Below, piece after piece: positions 15,234 to 24,931 of a DNA stretch of 64,000 nucleotides. The stretch comes from a virus. The stretch's first letter is position 1. Each line of letters begins with the position of its first letter. Made by a program: the position numbers and the translations under genes. The notes under the pieces are model-generated. The model saw only the letters and a program-made list of their open reading frames with translations, searched no databases and had not been told where the DNA came from. The DNA is taken from positions 1 to 64,000 of the IMG/VR virus record IMGVR_UViG_3300035438_000194; one strand, 5' to 3'.

Positions 15234-15363
15234 TTTACGTAGGGTCTACTTTACTCCAAACGCTTTTTATCTCGGGATAGAATCGCGCTCGTAATGTAGA
15301 CCCTACTCCCTTTTTGCACCTATAATTCTTGTGGTGCTCCTAAAATTATTGTATCTTTATAAT

Positions 15364-15654
15364 ATGAGAAACAGTCTAGCTGGAAAATCTACAGGTAAGT
15401 CTAAGTCTGCTAAGTACTTTGCTGCTAATCCAGAAGCGCGTGCTAAGAAGAATGCTTATAACAAAGAGTATCATAGCACACCTGAGAGGAACAAGTATAG
15501 AGCTAAGCTGAATATGGCTAACAGAGCTGCTGGTACTTATGGTAATGGAGATGGTAAAGATGTTTCTCACACTAAAGCGGGTAAGCTTGTTAAGGAGACT
15601 AAGTCTACTAACAGGGCTCGTAATGGTAAAGGAACCAATAAGAGACTAAAATAA
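15364..15654 (+). CDS. Small basic protein with a degenerate HNH-like C-terminus
   Basis: Likelier start MRNSL; GDGKDVSH...NRARN. Confidence 0.55.
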   Translation: MRNSLAGKSTGKSKSAKYFAANPEARAKKNAYNKEYHSTPERNKYRAKLNMANRAAGTYGNGDGKDVSHTKAGKLVKETKSTNRARNGKGTNKRLK

Positions 15655-15718
15655 TTTGGTTGTCTCCTAGACTTTCCTTATATTATAGTATATACTAATC
15701 CATTAATCAAATCTAATC

Positions 15719-16213
15719 ATGGACATTCTAAACTGGCTATATCTAGTCAAAAACAAGTTCACGCGAACTACAATTGAAAACCCAGATACTGACCTTGTTG
15801 TGCTTGGAGCAGACGTAGGCTTTCAAAAACGAGGAGACAAGTACCAAAACTATGTAATGACCGCACAGGACTTCGGTATCTCTGCAAAGGGCTATAAGTC
15901 TACAGTGCTTGTTATTTCTCAAAAAGATATAAATGCGCCTGTAATACAAAATGTATTAATAAATGAGATAGGTGGCACATGGACAGGTACATATGATGCT
16001 GTTGGTAATTATACTTTAAACAATTCTGATACAAGTTTAGTTTTTTTAAATGCTACCACAGCTATATTCTATACAGATGGTGATAACACCATCCCTGGTG
16101 AAGTAGCTTTTTATAATAATGGTAGTAACATACGTATTGCAACCTGGAATTCTGCAGGTGTAGCAACAGATGAGATCCTATACGGATTTCTAGAAATTAG
16201 ACAATACATCTAA
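15719..16213 (+). CDS. Virion fibre/decoration protein, MDILNW paralog 1
   Basis: About 53 aa N-terminus shared with 16226 and 16975; beta-rich C-domain. Confidence 0.65.
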   Translation: MDILNWLYLVKNKFTRTTIENPDTDLVVLGADVGFQKRGDKYQNYVMTAQDFGISAKGYKSTVLVISQKDINAPVIQNVLINEIGGTWTGTYDAVGNYTLNNSDTSLVFLNATTAIFYTDGDNTIPGEVAFYNNGSNIRIATWNSAGVATDEILYGFLEIRQYI

Positions 16214-16225
16214 TAACACACTACA

Positions 16226-16861
16226 ATGGATATCTTAAACTGGCTTTATATAAAGAAGCAAAACTTAATCAGAACTACCCTAGATAGTCCAAAGGACTTG
16301 GTAATACTAGGAGCTGATGTATCATTCCAAAAGCGTGGTGATAAGTACCAATCTTATGCTATACCTGCTGAGGACTTCGGTTTAGCTGTGGGTGTTAATC
16401 CGCAGTTTATTGGTACTACCGATGGTACTGCTGTAACAGGTAATACAATAGCAACTAAATCTACAAGTGTGCTTATACCAGCTAACACAGTAGCTGCTGG
16501 AGACAGCATATTTGTAAGAACCCGTTGTAGAAAAACCGGTACTGCAGGGATTGCTTCTCAGTTAATAACTATAAATACATCAGATACTGTTGGTGGTAAT
16601 AACATTGCTATTGCTGCTTTAGGCGCTAATGCAACATATGCACAGTCGTCAAGAACGCTTGTTGTAAAGTCAAGCACTTCTACTGAGGTGTTTCCTTATA
16701 ACACTGGTGGATTTGATGATGATGCCTCTTCTACTACAGCAGTTTCTACATATAATATAAACTGGGCGGTAGACCAATACTTTATATTTTCTATGCAGAA
16801 TCTTAGTGCAGCAGATTCAACTGTAGTAAGCTATTATGAGGTAACAGTAAATAAAGGATGA
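16226..16861 (+). CDS. Virion fibre/decoration protein, MDILNW paralog 2
   Basis: Shared N-terminus; Thr/Ser/Ala-rich beta domain. Confidence 0.65.
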   Translation: MDILNWLYIKKQNLIRTTLDSPKDLVILGADVSFQKRGDKYQSYAIPAEDFGLAVGVNPQFIGTTDGTAVTGNTIATKSTSVLIPANTVAAGDSIFVRTRCRKTGTAGIASQLITINTSDTVGGNNIAIAALGANATYAQSSRTLVVKSSTSTEVFPYNTGGFDDDASSTTAVSTYNINWAVDQYFIFSMQNLSAADSTVVSYYEVTVNKG

Positions 16862-16862
16862 T

Positions 16863-16973
16863 ATGGCACTGGGTAACGGTAACTACACTAACGGTAACAA
16901 AGGTTCTAACTTTAACTTTCAGTTGAAAGTGTTACAGTCTTTACAAAGAATCCTGAACGCGATTAATAACTAA
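16863..16973 (+). CDS. 36 aa mini-paralog of the N-terminus of 17663..18100
   Basis: Manual translation MALGNGNYTNGNKGSNFNFQLKVLQSLQRILNAINN*; fills the intergenic gap exactly. Confidence 0.75.
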   Translation: MALGNGNYTNGNKGSNFNFQLKVLQSLQRILNAINN

Positions 16974-16974
16974 C

Positions 16975-17661
16975 ATGGATATTTTAAACTGGGTATATCT
17001 ACTCAAAAACAAACTAGTAAAAACTACAGTACAGGATCCTGAGAAAGACTTGCTCGTTCTTGGTAATAATGTGTCATTTGCAAAACGCGGAGATAAATAC
17101 CAGTCTTATGGTATGACCGTACAAGACTTTGCTGCATCAATAGTACCTGGTACTTACGGGTTATATGCACAAACTGCAAACAGTACTCCTATAACAGGTA
17201 CTATTGTTGAAACATCTTTAGTAAACGGGGGTGTAGGAACACTCTCTGTACCAGCAAATGGATTTAAAGTAGGAGATAGTTTTAGAGCGGTAGTAGGAGG
17301 TGTTCTAAATGCGGCAAATAACCAAACTATAAGAATTAGGGTAAAGGCAGGAGCTCTTACCCTTCTAGATAGTGGGGTACAACCTATTTCAAATATTACT
17401 AATGACATATTCTCTTTGAATGTAGATTTTACTATTAGACAATTAGGTGGTCCTGGTACAGCTTCTATTGTATCTTTGGGTAGTTTTCACTATGCTAAGA
17501 CATCAAATGCTAGTGTTCAGGGATTTGCATTTAACGTAGTGAATAGTACAACCTTTAACACTACTATACCCAATACACTAGATATTACGGTGCAATGGGG
17601 AAGTACTAACGTTGGTAATAATATTTATAGTGACATTTTTATATTAAATAAAACATACTAA
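16975..17661 (+). CDS. Virion fibre/decoration protein, MDILNW paralog 3
   Basis: Shared N-terminus; beta-rich C-domain. Confidence 0.65.
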   Translation: MDILNWVYLLKNKLVKTTVQDPEKDLLVLGNNVSFAKRGDKYQSYGMTVQDFAASIVPGTYGLYAQTANSTPITGTIVETSLVNGGVGTLSVPANGFKVGDSFRAVVGGVLNAANNQTIRIRVKAGALTLLDSGVQPISNITNDIFSLNVDFTIRQLGGPGTASIVSLGSFHYAKTSNASVQGFAFNVVNSTTFNTTIPNTLDITVQWGSTNVGNNIYSDIFILNKTY

Positions 17662-17662
17662 T

Positions 17663-18100
17663 ATGGCATTAGGAAACGGAAACCCCAAAGACGGGGATAA
17701 AGGCTCAAACTTTAACTATGAGCTAAAAGTATTACAAGGACTTCAAAGCATTATTAATAATGTTATTGCGGGCATTGATGTCACTGTAGTAAATGGTGCA
17801 GGAGCTGCAGCAGTAAACATCCAGGATGGAGGTAACTCTATTACTGTAGATGGAGGAACGGGGGTACAAAGAACCCCAACATTCCTTAGACCTGCTAATA
17901 CCTCAGGTACTATACCAGCAGGTAGATACTCTATGTCATTTGCTAATGTAGGAACCATCAACGCAACAGTTGGTGGTGTTACATTAAAGCCTGGTGAAAC
18001 AATAAACTTTGATGCAGGAGCAATTAATAATACACTAGGTTCTGTAGCTTATAGTGCTACCGGAGCAGGTGGAGAATTATTAATCATCTCAATTGTATAA
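17663..18100 (+). CDS. Virion structural protein (MALGNGN family)
   Basis: Gly/Thr-rich, contains VNIQDGGNSITVDG. Confidence 0.6.
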   Translation: MALGNGNPKDGDKGSNFNYELKVLQGLQSIINNVIAGIDVTVVNGAGAAAVNIQDGGNSITVDGGTGVQRTPTFLRPANTSGTIPAGRYSMSFANVGTINATVGGVTLKPGETINFDAGAINNTLGSVAYSATGAGGELLIISIV

Positions 18101-18102
18101 TT

Positions 18103-19989
18103 ATGCCTACAAATATAAATTTTGTAGAAAAACTAGATGCTGGCTGTGATACTCAGGTTAGTTTTAACTTGCCCAAAACTTTATCACTAGGTACAGTAAA
18201 GAAGTCTTTTGATAATAATGGATTATCTGAAGCAGAGGGTTGTTCCTATCTTGCTTTAAATACACTAAATCAAGTGGGTCTTTTAGGTAAAGCGTCTCTT
18301 ATTGTTAACCCATCTTCTTTTTCAGAGAATACCTTATATGCAGATTTACCAGCTAATAGTACATTAGGGGATCTAACTTTTACAAGGGCTACTGACGCTT
18401 GGCGTGTCAACTCACAAGGGTTGGTGCAGAGAACGCCTTGGAATATACTTAGATTTAGCGAGCAGTTTGACAACGCAGCTTGGGACAAGACAAGAGCAGG
18501 GGCAGGAGTAAATTCTGTAGTTACTGCTAACGCAGGAATAGCTCCTAATGGTACTAATACAGCAGATAGAGTTCAATTTAATTGTGTTGGAAATACATCA
18601 GCAGATAGGTCTATTTTAAAACAGCAAATTACCCCTGTTGTTGGTACTAATTATACTGCGTCTTTTTATATTAAAGCATTTTCTGTAGGAGAAGTAGGAA
18701 AACAACTACGGGTAGTTGTAGAAGGAGCAAGCATACCTTCTACCATAATTACATTAACTGCTGATTGGACAAAAGTAATCATAACAGGGTCAGTAGCAAG
18801 TGTTATTACAGGTAATTATATATTTGAAACAAGAGGTACTGCTACTGCTAACACTACAGCTGATATTTTATTATGGGGTGCTCAGTTAGTAGAAGGCTCA
18901 TCAGCCTTGGAGTACTTCCCAACGACAGACAGACAAGACGTCCCGCGTATTGACTACTCATTAGGCGGATGCCCTACCTTATTGGTAGAGCCGCAGAGGA
19001 CGAATATTGCGCTTCAGTCTGAACAGATATCAACATCTCCTTGGACAAACAATGGAGGAACTACTACATTAGATGCTATCACCGCTCCGACAGGGCTTAC
19101 TACAGCTGATAAGTTTATTGAAGATGCGTCTACAGGGCAGCATTACATAGGTCAGCAGATTACAGGATTAGCTTCAACAACTTATACAATGTCTGTCTTT
19201 GCTAAAAAGGCAGAGAGAGACATTATATATATTCGATGCTTTAACTCTGCTTTTGGAGTTACATATTGCGATGTCAATTTTAATTTAACTACAGGTGTAG
19301 CCACGGGTGCTTCAACAAAAATTGAGGCGTATCCAAATGGATGGTACAGATGTTCTGTTACTTTTACTACAGGCGCTGACCCTATTATTCAAGTTAGATT
19401 GAATATGACCGTCAATGGGAACTACAACGGAATAGTTGGATATGGTATGTATATGTGGGGTGCTCAGCTTGAAGCCGGCTCATACCTTACTTCATATATC
19501 CCAACCACTACCGCGAGTGTGACGAGGAACGCGGATAGCTTTGTTCGTAATAATATCTATAGTAATGGGCTAATAACTGCTGCGGGTGGTACTTGGTTTG
19601 TGGAGTTTAGGAATAATATTGTATATACCGGGGGGATTACTCAAGCACAACTTTTAGGACTTGGAAATGATACTATTGGAGCAACTGCTAACAATATATT
19701 TTTAGCTTGCTCGAGTGGTACTAGAATACGAGTTTGGAAGCAAATTGCCGGAACTCTTACAACATTGTATGTAACTTCAACTGATACTTCGAAAGTAGCT
19801 ATTAAATGGAACGGAACTACTGCTGACATTTTTGAGAATGGTGTTAAAGTTGTAAGCGCAACTGCATTTACACCTACTGCTTTAGAAACATTACGGACTA
19901 TAGCAACTCAACATCCTTACTATATCAACGAAATGGCTTTATTCCCTACACCACTAACCGATATGGAATGCCTGCTCATCACTAGTTAA
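18103..19989 (+). CDS. Fibre/spike protein with duplicated carbohydrate-binding-like domains
   Basis: LTFTRA, two WGAQL-ending repeats, TSYIPTT, LamG-like C-terminus. Confidence 0.7.
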   Translation: MPTNINFVEKLDAGCDTQVSFNLPKTLSLGTVKKSFDNNGLSEAEGCSYLALNTLNQVGLLGKASLIVNPSSFSENTLYADLPANSTLGDLTFTRATDAWRVNSQGLVQRTPWNILRFSEQFDNAAWDKTRAGAGVNSVVTANAGIAPNGTNTADRVQFNCVGNTSADRSILKQQITPVVGTNYTASFYIKAFSVGEVGKQLRVVVEGASIPSTIITLTADWTKVIITGSVASVITGNYIFETRGTATANTTADILLWGAQLVEGSSALEYFPTTDRQDVPRIDYSLGGCPTLLVEPQRTNIALQSEQISTSPWTNNGGTTTLDAITAPTGLTTADKFIEDASTGQHYIGQQITGLASTTYTMSVFAKKAERDIIYIRCFNSAFGVTYCDVNFNLTTGVATGASTKIEAYPNGWYRCSVTFTTGADPIIQVRLNMTVNGNYNGIVGYGMYMWGAQLEAGSYLTSYIPTTTASVTRNADSFVRNNIYSNGLITAAGGTWFVEFRNNIVYTGGITQAQLLGLGNDTIGATANNIFLACSSGTRIRVWKQIAGTLTTLYVTSTDTSKVAIKWNGTTADIFENGVKVVSATAFTPTALETLRTIATQHPYYINEMALFPTPLTDMECLLITS

Positions 19990-19990
19990 T

Positions 19991-20713
19991 ATGGCAGTAG
20001 TATATTCACATATGAAAAAGGATAGTAGAGAAATCTACTATATTGGTATCGGCAAGGATATTAAGAGAGCATACCACACTGGTTCTAGAAGCGAGATATG
20101 GAAGCGTCACTATGCCAAATATGGATTAATTGTAGATATACTTTGTAACAACATAGACCTAGATTCAGCAAAAAACATTGAGAAATTTCTTATTGCTCAG
20201 TATGGAAAAAATCAGTTATGCAACAGGACTGATGGCGGTGAAGGTTTTTTTGGAGGCAAACATACTGAAGAAACCAAAAAAATTATTAAAGAGAAAAACA
20301 CTGGAAAAAAAGCAAGTCAAGAGACATTAATAAAAATGTCTTTATCTTCTAAAGGTCACAATAGAAGGCCAAAAGGCACATGGAATCAAAAACCTGAATC
20401 TGTAGAAAAGATATCTAAGGCATTTAAAGGCAAAAAAAGAAGTGAGTATTTTTGTCAGCAAGTGAAAAAATCAAAGGTAGGATATAAGCCCGCTAAAGTA
20501 ACATTGGAAGCTGCTGCTAAGAAAAAGAGAGAGAACGCTTGCCTAATTATTGAAAATAAAACAGGCTTTATAGGCAATATATTTGATGTTATGGATAAGT
20601 TTAATCTAGATAAGAGTCATATATATAAGCTTTGCAAAAGAAAAGAGCCAATAAAATATGGTCCAAATGAAGGGCTTGATTTTAAAAAACAACATAACTA
20701 TGAATATTTATAA
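19991..20713 (+). CDS. Free-standing GIY-YIG-type homing endonuclease with NUMOD3-like repeats
   Basis: VVYSH...YYIGIG, NRTDGGEG, HTEETKKII and SQETLIKMS repeats. Confidence 0.8.
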   Translation: MAVVYSHMKKDSREIYYIGIGKDIKRAYHTGSRSEIWKRHYAKYGLIVDILCNNIDLDSAKNIEKFLIAQYGKNQLCNRTDGGEGFFGGKHTEETKKIIKEKNTGKKASQETLIKMSLSSKGHNRRPKGTWNQKPESVEKISKAFKGKKRSEYFCQQVKKSKVGYKPAKVTLEAAAKKKRENACLIIENKTGFIGNIFDVMDKFNLDKSHIYKLCKRKEPIKYGPNEGLDFKKQHNYEYL

Positions 20714-21014
20714 GTTAAAATTTGCTGATAAGGCAGAAGCACTCACAGTGTTAGAAGAAAAGCAAATCCTTATTCCTAATGATGAGGGTTTTACTTATGG
20801 AGAAGGAGTACAAGCCGTTGTTGAGATAGGACTAATATGCTTAGATCCTACAGTTGAACCACCTGTATATGTAGAGGGTTATCACTATGATGTGATGGCA
20901 GAACAAGTAATTGATTTTGGCGCATATCTTATTGAACCTAAGAATCCTAAGCATGCATTTGCGGGTTACCCAACTACTGAAGAATATGTCCCTGCAATAG
21001 AGGATATTAGCTAA
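20700..21014 (+). CDS. Fibre-associated hypothetical protein
   Basis: Likelier start MNIYKLKF at 20700; C-terminal PKNPKHAFAG. Confidence 0.65.
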   Translation: MNIYKLKFADKAEALTVLEEKQILIPNDEGFTYGEGVQAVVEIGLICLDPTVEPPVYVEGYHYDVMAEQVIDFGAYLIEPKNPKHAFAGYPTTEEYVPAIEDIS

Positions 21015-21051
21015 TTTTTTAGTATATTAAGTATATATATTTATTACAGTT

Positions 21052-21405
21052 ATGGGATCAGCAGAAGCGTGGGTATTTACCACTAAAGATGTTATCTGGA
21101 TAGTGATGACAATAGGCTCGGGTTTATCAGCATATTATGCTCTTAAGCAGGAACTGGGAAAGTTGAGAGGGAAAGTAGATAAACTTACGGGTGATATGGA
21201 ATCCCTAGAAACTGACCTAATGGCTAAAGAAACAAGCATCTACAATAGAATGGAAATACTTAAAGAAGATCAGAAAGCTGCACACGAGAAGCTTGATCTA
21301 AAGATGGACAACTTAACTACACACATGACGCAGTTGAGTACTAACATAGCTGAGTTAACAGGATACATAAAAGCAAAGAGAGAAGAAGACGGTAAACGCG
21401 CTTAA
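21052..21405 (+). CDS. Membrane-anchored coiled-coil protein (possible holin/lysis accessory)
   Basis: N-terminal TM helix followed by heptad-like sequence. Confidence 0.55.
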   Translation: MGSAEAWVFTTKDVIWIVMTIGSGLSAYYALKQELGKLRGKVDKLTGDMESLETDLMAKETSIYNRMEILKEDQKAAHEKLDLKMDNLTTHMTQLSTNIAELTGYIKAKREEDGKRA

Positions 21406-21438
21406 CTCTTGTGGTTGATATATGATTTAGGTTAAGTA

Positions 21439-21480
21439 CCCACTGGCATACCGTGAGATCTGCTAGTGGGTCTTTTTTTG
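21439..21480 (+). terminator. Intrinsic terminator
   Basis: ACCCACTGGCA...TGCTAGTGGGT followed by a T7 run. Confidence 0.75.
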
Positions 21481-21510
21481 TTTAAATGTTGTAAGTTTAA
21501 ACTTTTAGCA

Positions 21511-21518
21511 TATATTTG
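21511..21518 (+). promoter_or_regulatory. Bacteroidota -7 element TATATTTG
   Basis: Consensus match between the terminator and ATG 21542. Confidence 0.65.
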
Positions 21519-21541
21519 TCTAAACCTAAATAAGTTACATC

Positions 21542-21775
21542 ATGGAAAACCAACCAAAAGAGATGTCTCCTCAGGAGATGGCTGAAAGAAAATCTAAGCT
21601 ATCTGCATTCTATAAAGAACAAATTGAGTTCCTTAAAGTACAACTAGAATATGAAACCTTAGTAGCTGATGTAGAAGATCAACGTGCTCGCGCTACATAC
21701 GCTCAGGTTAAGCTTGCTCAAATGCTAGCTGGACCATCTAAAGAAGCACCAGAACCCTCTAATACAGAAGACTAA
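21542..21775 (+). CDS. Hypothetical helical protein
   Basis: 77 aa ORF, coupled to the next gene. Confidence 0.75.
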   Translation: MENQPKEMSPQEMAERKSKLSAFYKEQIEFLKVQLEYETLVADVEDQRARATYAQVKLAQMLAGPSKEAPEPSNTED

Positions 21776-22158
21776 TGGCTATTGTAAATCAGGTACGTAA
21801 GACTGTTAAGATGGACCTATGGAGTATAGTTAAGTTTCAACTTTCTGTACACTGTCATCTTAAGCATTTGAATTTATCAGATTTGGACCTTAATTGTGTT
21901 ACGTTCTTAGCATTATCAGGAGAGACAGAGCTTACAGAGTTTTGTGAAAACGCTACAAAGAATAAGATCTTTAGTAGTGCACAGTCAGTAAGGAACGCTG
22001 TTACTAAAGCGGAGAAGAAGAACTTGTTGAAGAAGAATGGTAAGAACAAGAAGACAATTGAACTGAACCCAGAGCTGAACATTCAGATTACAGGCAACAT
22101 ATTATTAGAATATAAAATACTACGAGTTGAAACCAAAGAGTCTGAAACTACTGCTTAA
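21775..22158 (+). CDS. Hypothetical protein, possible winged-helix DNA-binding
   Basis: SAQSVRNAVTKAEKKNLLKK helix-wing-like segment. Confidence 0.6.
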   Translation: MAIVNQVRKTVKMDLWSIVKFQLSVHCHLKHLNLSDLDLNCVTFLALSGETELTEFCENATKNKIFSSAQSVRNAVTKAEKKNLLKKNGKNKKTIELNPELNIQITGNILLEYKILRVETKESETTA

Positions 22159-22513
22159 CGAGTTTGCTTCTCAACAAGAGGATCCAGCTTTTGCAGAAGA
22201 GCTGATTAGATTCTACTGGGAGTACTTAAGAAAAGCTATGTCTAATAAGGACCACTTTAATCTTAAACTTAAGGGGTTTGGTACATTCAGTATCAATGAA
22301 GCTAAACTTAATAAAGTTTTAGCCATTAGCCATGAGCATCTTAAGACACTTAACCCTAAGGAGTTTACAGGATTCAGTAGATATGAGTCTGTGCACAATA
22401 AGCACCAGCAACTTGTAAGAATTAAGGATATGATTGTTAAAGAAAAAGACAGACGTATAAAACACAAACAAAGCGTGTATGCTACAAAAAATAAGAAAGA
22501 TCTGGAAGAATAA
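22127..22513 (+). CDS. HU/IHF-like DNA-binding protein
   Basis: LKLKGFGTFSI signature after two helices; TTG start. Confidence 0.65.
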   Translation: MKPKSLKLLLNEFASQQEDPAFAEELIRFYWEYLRKAMSNKDHFNLKLKGFGTFSINEAKLNKVLAISHEHLKTLNPKEFTGFSRYESVHNKHQQLVRIKDMIVKEKDRRIKHKQSVYATKNKKDLEE

Positions 22514-22805
22514 GTGGTTTATTCTAGAAGGAGTATTCAACTACTACTTTACTAGAAAGAAGATCAAGCGTGTTGCTTATTGGCGCAATGAGATATGTAA
22601 AGCGTGTCCACTTATTGATCTAGAAGGATCTAAATGTGAGGTGCCTGGTACACAGCCTTGTTGCGGTGACTGCGGATGCTCTCTTAAGTATAAGACACAT
22701 AGTATGTCATCAGCATGCCCACAAGGAAGATGGTTTGCTATAATGACAGAAGATGAAGAAGATGATATGAACGCTAAACTAGAAAACTATGGCGATAGTA
22801 TTTAA
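22479..22805 (+). CDS. Cys-rich putative Zn-binding protein
   Basis: ICKACP...CCGDCGC...CPQGRW. Confidence 0.7.
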   Translation: MLQKIRKIWKNKWFILEGVFNYYFTRKKIKRVAYWRNEICKACPLIDLEGSKCEVPGTQPCCGDCGCSLKYKTHSMSSACPQGRWFAIMTEDEEDDMNAKLENYGDSI

Positions 22806-23610
22806 ACCCGATACTCACAGTTATACAAGCATTGACCCTAATGAGAACATATCTTGGATTAGTGTAACTGGTGTTATATCTAAGTTCAAGAAACCATTTG
22901 ATGCTGATACTATTGCTGCTAAGTCTGTAAAGAATAAGAAGAGCAAATGGTATGGTATGAGCGTAGATGATGTTAAAGAAGCTTGGAAGAATGAGTCACA
23001 GAAAGCTGTAAACCTAGGTACATGGTATCATAACCAGAGAGAAGCTGCTTACACATCATGCGATACTATAGAGAAGGATGATTGCATCATACCTATCTTT
23101 AAACCTATTGAAGTAGATGGTATTAAGAATGCGCCTAGTCAAAAGTTAGAAGAAGGTATATACCCGGAACATATGGTGTATCTTAAGAGTGCAGGACTAT
23201 GCGGTCAGGCAGATAGGGTGGAAGTAATTAAAGGAACTGTCAACATATATGATTACAAAACTAATAAAGAAATTAAGACTGAGTCTTATGTTAATTGGGA
23301 AGGAGTTAGTGATAGAATGCTTGCTCCACTCAATCATTTGGATGATTGTAATCTTAACCATTATGCGTTACAGTTAAGTCTGTATATGTATATGATCATC
23401 AAGCATAACCCTAAGTTAAAACCGGGTAAGATGATTATAGAACACATCGTGTTTGAAGAAGCTGGTAAAGATGCTTATGATAACAGAGTTGTACTATACG
23501 ATGAGTTGGGAGAACCCCTAGTTAACAAGATAGTAGAATACAATGTACCTTATCTTAAGGATGAGGTCATTAATATAATAAACCAACTTAAAGAAAATGG
23601 CACAGCTTAA
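22789..23610 (+). CDS. PD-(D/E)XK (RecB/lambda exonuclease-like) nuclease
   Basis: GTWYH, PE, GQAD, IYDYKT and YALQLSLY motifs. Confidence 0.85.
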   Translation: MAIVFKPDTHSYTSIDPNENISWISVTGVISKFKKPFDADTIAAKSVKNKKSKWYGMSVDDVKEAWKNESQKAVNLGTWYHNQREAAYTSCDTIEKDDCIIPIFKPIEVDGIKNAPSQKLEEGIYPEHMVYLKSAGLCGQADRVEVIKGTVNIYDYKTNKEIKTESYVNWEGVSDRMLAPLNHLDDCNLNHYALQLSLYMYMIIKHNPKLKPGKMIIEHIVFEEAGKDAYDNRVVLYDELGEPLVNKIVEYNVPYLKDEVINIINQLKENGTA

Positions 23611-24238
23611 TGCAAATATTCCTTTTACAGAATGCTACATTCGCAATAAGTATATAAACCAAGAAGAGGGTTTAACATCAGGATATCTATTTGGTGCTAA
23701 GTCTATGATTAATAGACCTCTTCATTTTCATTTTCAATCTTGTTTTGGTGCAATATTTTGGAACATGCCTATTTCAGCGTTTACTCATCTTGAAGATTTT
23801 GATATATTAGATGAGGATGAACAAAAAAGATTATCAATGTTGCAGTCTTGGGATTGCCAAAGTAATAACATAGCGGTTACTACATTTTCTTTTTTACAAA
23901 ATAAAGTAGTAGATGTTTTTTGTAGAGATATGAAATGGCGTTCTGGTAGGTACATTACTACAATAGATGATTATGAGGGTGATTTAAACGAGTTAAACTT
24001 AGGATATTCTAATCATCAGGACAGCAAGTGTTACCATATTATAGCACTTGAAGATGGTAATTTTTGTGCACAGCCTAATAATTTACTAAGATGGCATAAT
24101 CCTGATTTTATTATACCTTATGATAAAGACAATCCTCCCAAGTTAAAAATATTTAAAGAACAGTTGTCCTCAGAAAAAATAGACAGAAGTTATGGGAATA
24201 GTCCATACTACTTTTATTGTGTTGAAGATAAAAAATAA
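23597..24238 (+). CDS. Hypothetical phage protein
   Basis: 213 aa AT-rich ORF overlapping the upstream gene. Confidence 0.7.
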   Translation: MAQLNANIPFTECYIRNKYINQEEGLTSGYLFGAKSMINRPLHFHFQSCFGAIFWNMPISAFTHLEDFDILDEDEQKRLSMLQSWDCQSNNIAVTTFSFLQNKVVDVFCRDMKWRSGRYITTIDDYEGDLNELNLGYSNHQDSKCYHIIALEDGNFCAQPNNLLRWHNPDFIIPYDKDNPPKLKIFKEQLSSEKIDRSYGNSPYYFYCVEDKK

Positions 24239-24243
24239 AAATT

Positions 24244-24762
24244 ATGCTAGTAAAACTATTTGATATTGAGAATGGTACACTGATACCAAGCGAGAGTTGT
24301 TTTGCTTTACCTACTTTGAGACGCATAATGGATGAGTATCCTGAGAACTACCTTAAGGTTTATCAGTATCTTTTCTATATGAGTTGTCCGAACCCAGATA
24401 TAAATCCTTTCTTTCATATTGCAGATGATGACAAAGAAGAGCTTATATTAGCGGAAATAGATGCGGACTTTACATCTGAAGATGACTACATCCCAGGAGC
24501 GTTAGAGTTCTGTAAGAAACTTTATGAGACACCAACCTCCAGAGCTTACAATGGTATTAAGCAGATGCTTGATAGACTTGGTAGGTATATGGAAACAACA
24601 AACATAACCGATGGAAGAGATGGCAACCTCACAGCGCTCGTTAACGCAGCGTCAAAGTATCAACAAATCAGAGAAGCCTACAAAGGCGCGTACAAAGACC
24701 TCCAGGAAGAGCAGGCGGGCCGTGCTAGAGGTGGGGCGGGGCTTGCATATGACCAAATGTGA
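24244..24762 (+). CDS. Conserved protein upstream of TerL (possible small terminase)
   Basis: Helical 172 aa protein ending RARGG; call rests on position. Confidence 0.55.
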   Translation: MLVKLFDIENGTLIPSESCFALPTLRRIMDEYPENYLKVYQYLFYMSCPNPDINPFFHIADDDKEELILAEIDADFTSEDDYIPGALEFCKKLYETPTSRAYNGIKQMLDRLGRYMETTNITDGRDGNLTALVNAASKYQQIREAYKGAYKDLQEEQAGRARGGAGLAYDQM

Positions 24763-24931
24763 TTACTTATATGACTATATGCTACACTATAATATCTACA
24801 CTGAGAAATGGCATGCTGTCCTTAGAGAAGATATTGAAGCATATCTTAATGGGCAAATCAAACTCAGAGGTTTTAAAGAACTTAAAGATCTTTTGCACAC
24901 ACTAAAAAAGAAACATGCTAAAACAGTTTGA
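24749..24931 (+). CDS. Small hypothetical protein (start uncertain)
   Basis: 3' part of ORF 24611..24931 fills the gap before TerL. Confidence 0.45.
   Translation: MTKCDYLYDYMLHYNIYTEKWHAVLREDIEAYLNGQIKLRGFKELKDLLHTLKKKHAKTV

Noticed and set aside
15719-19989. Diversity-generating retroelement acting on fibre genes
   Set aside because: No reverse transcriptase and no template/variable repeat pair seen; similarity is limited to N-termini
22789-23610. Cas4
   Set aside because: Lacks the four-Cys Fe-S cluster pattern; a generic PD-(D/E)XK nuclease fits better
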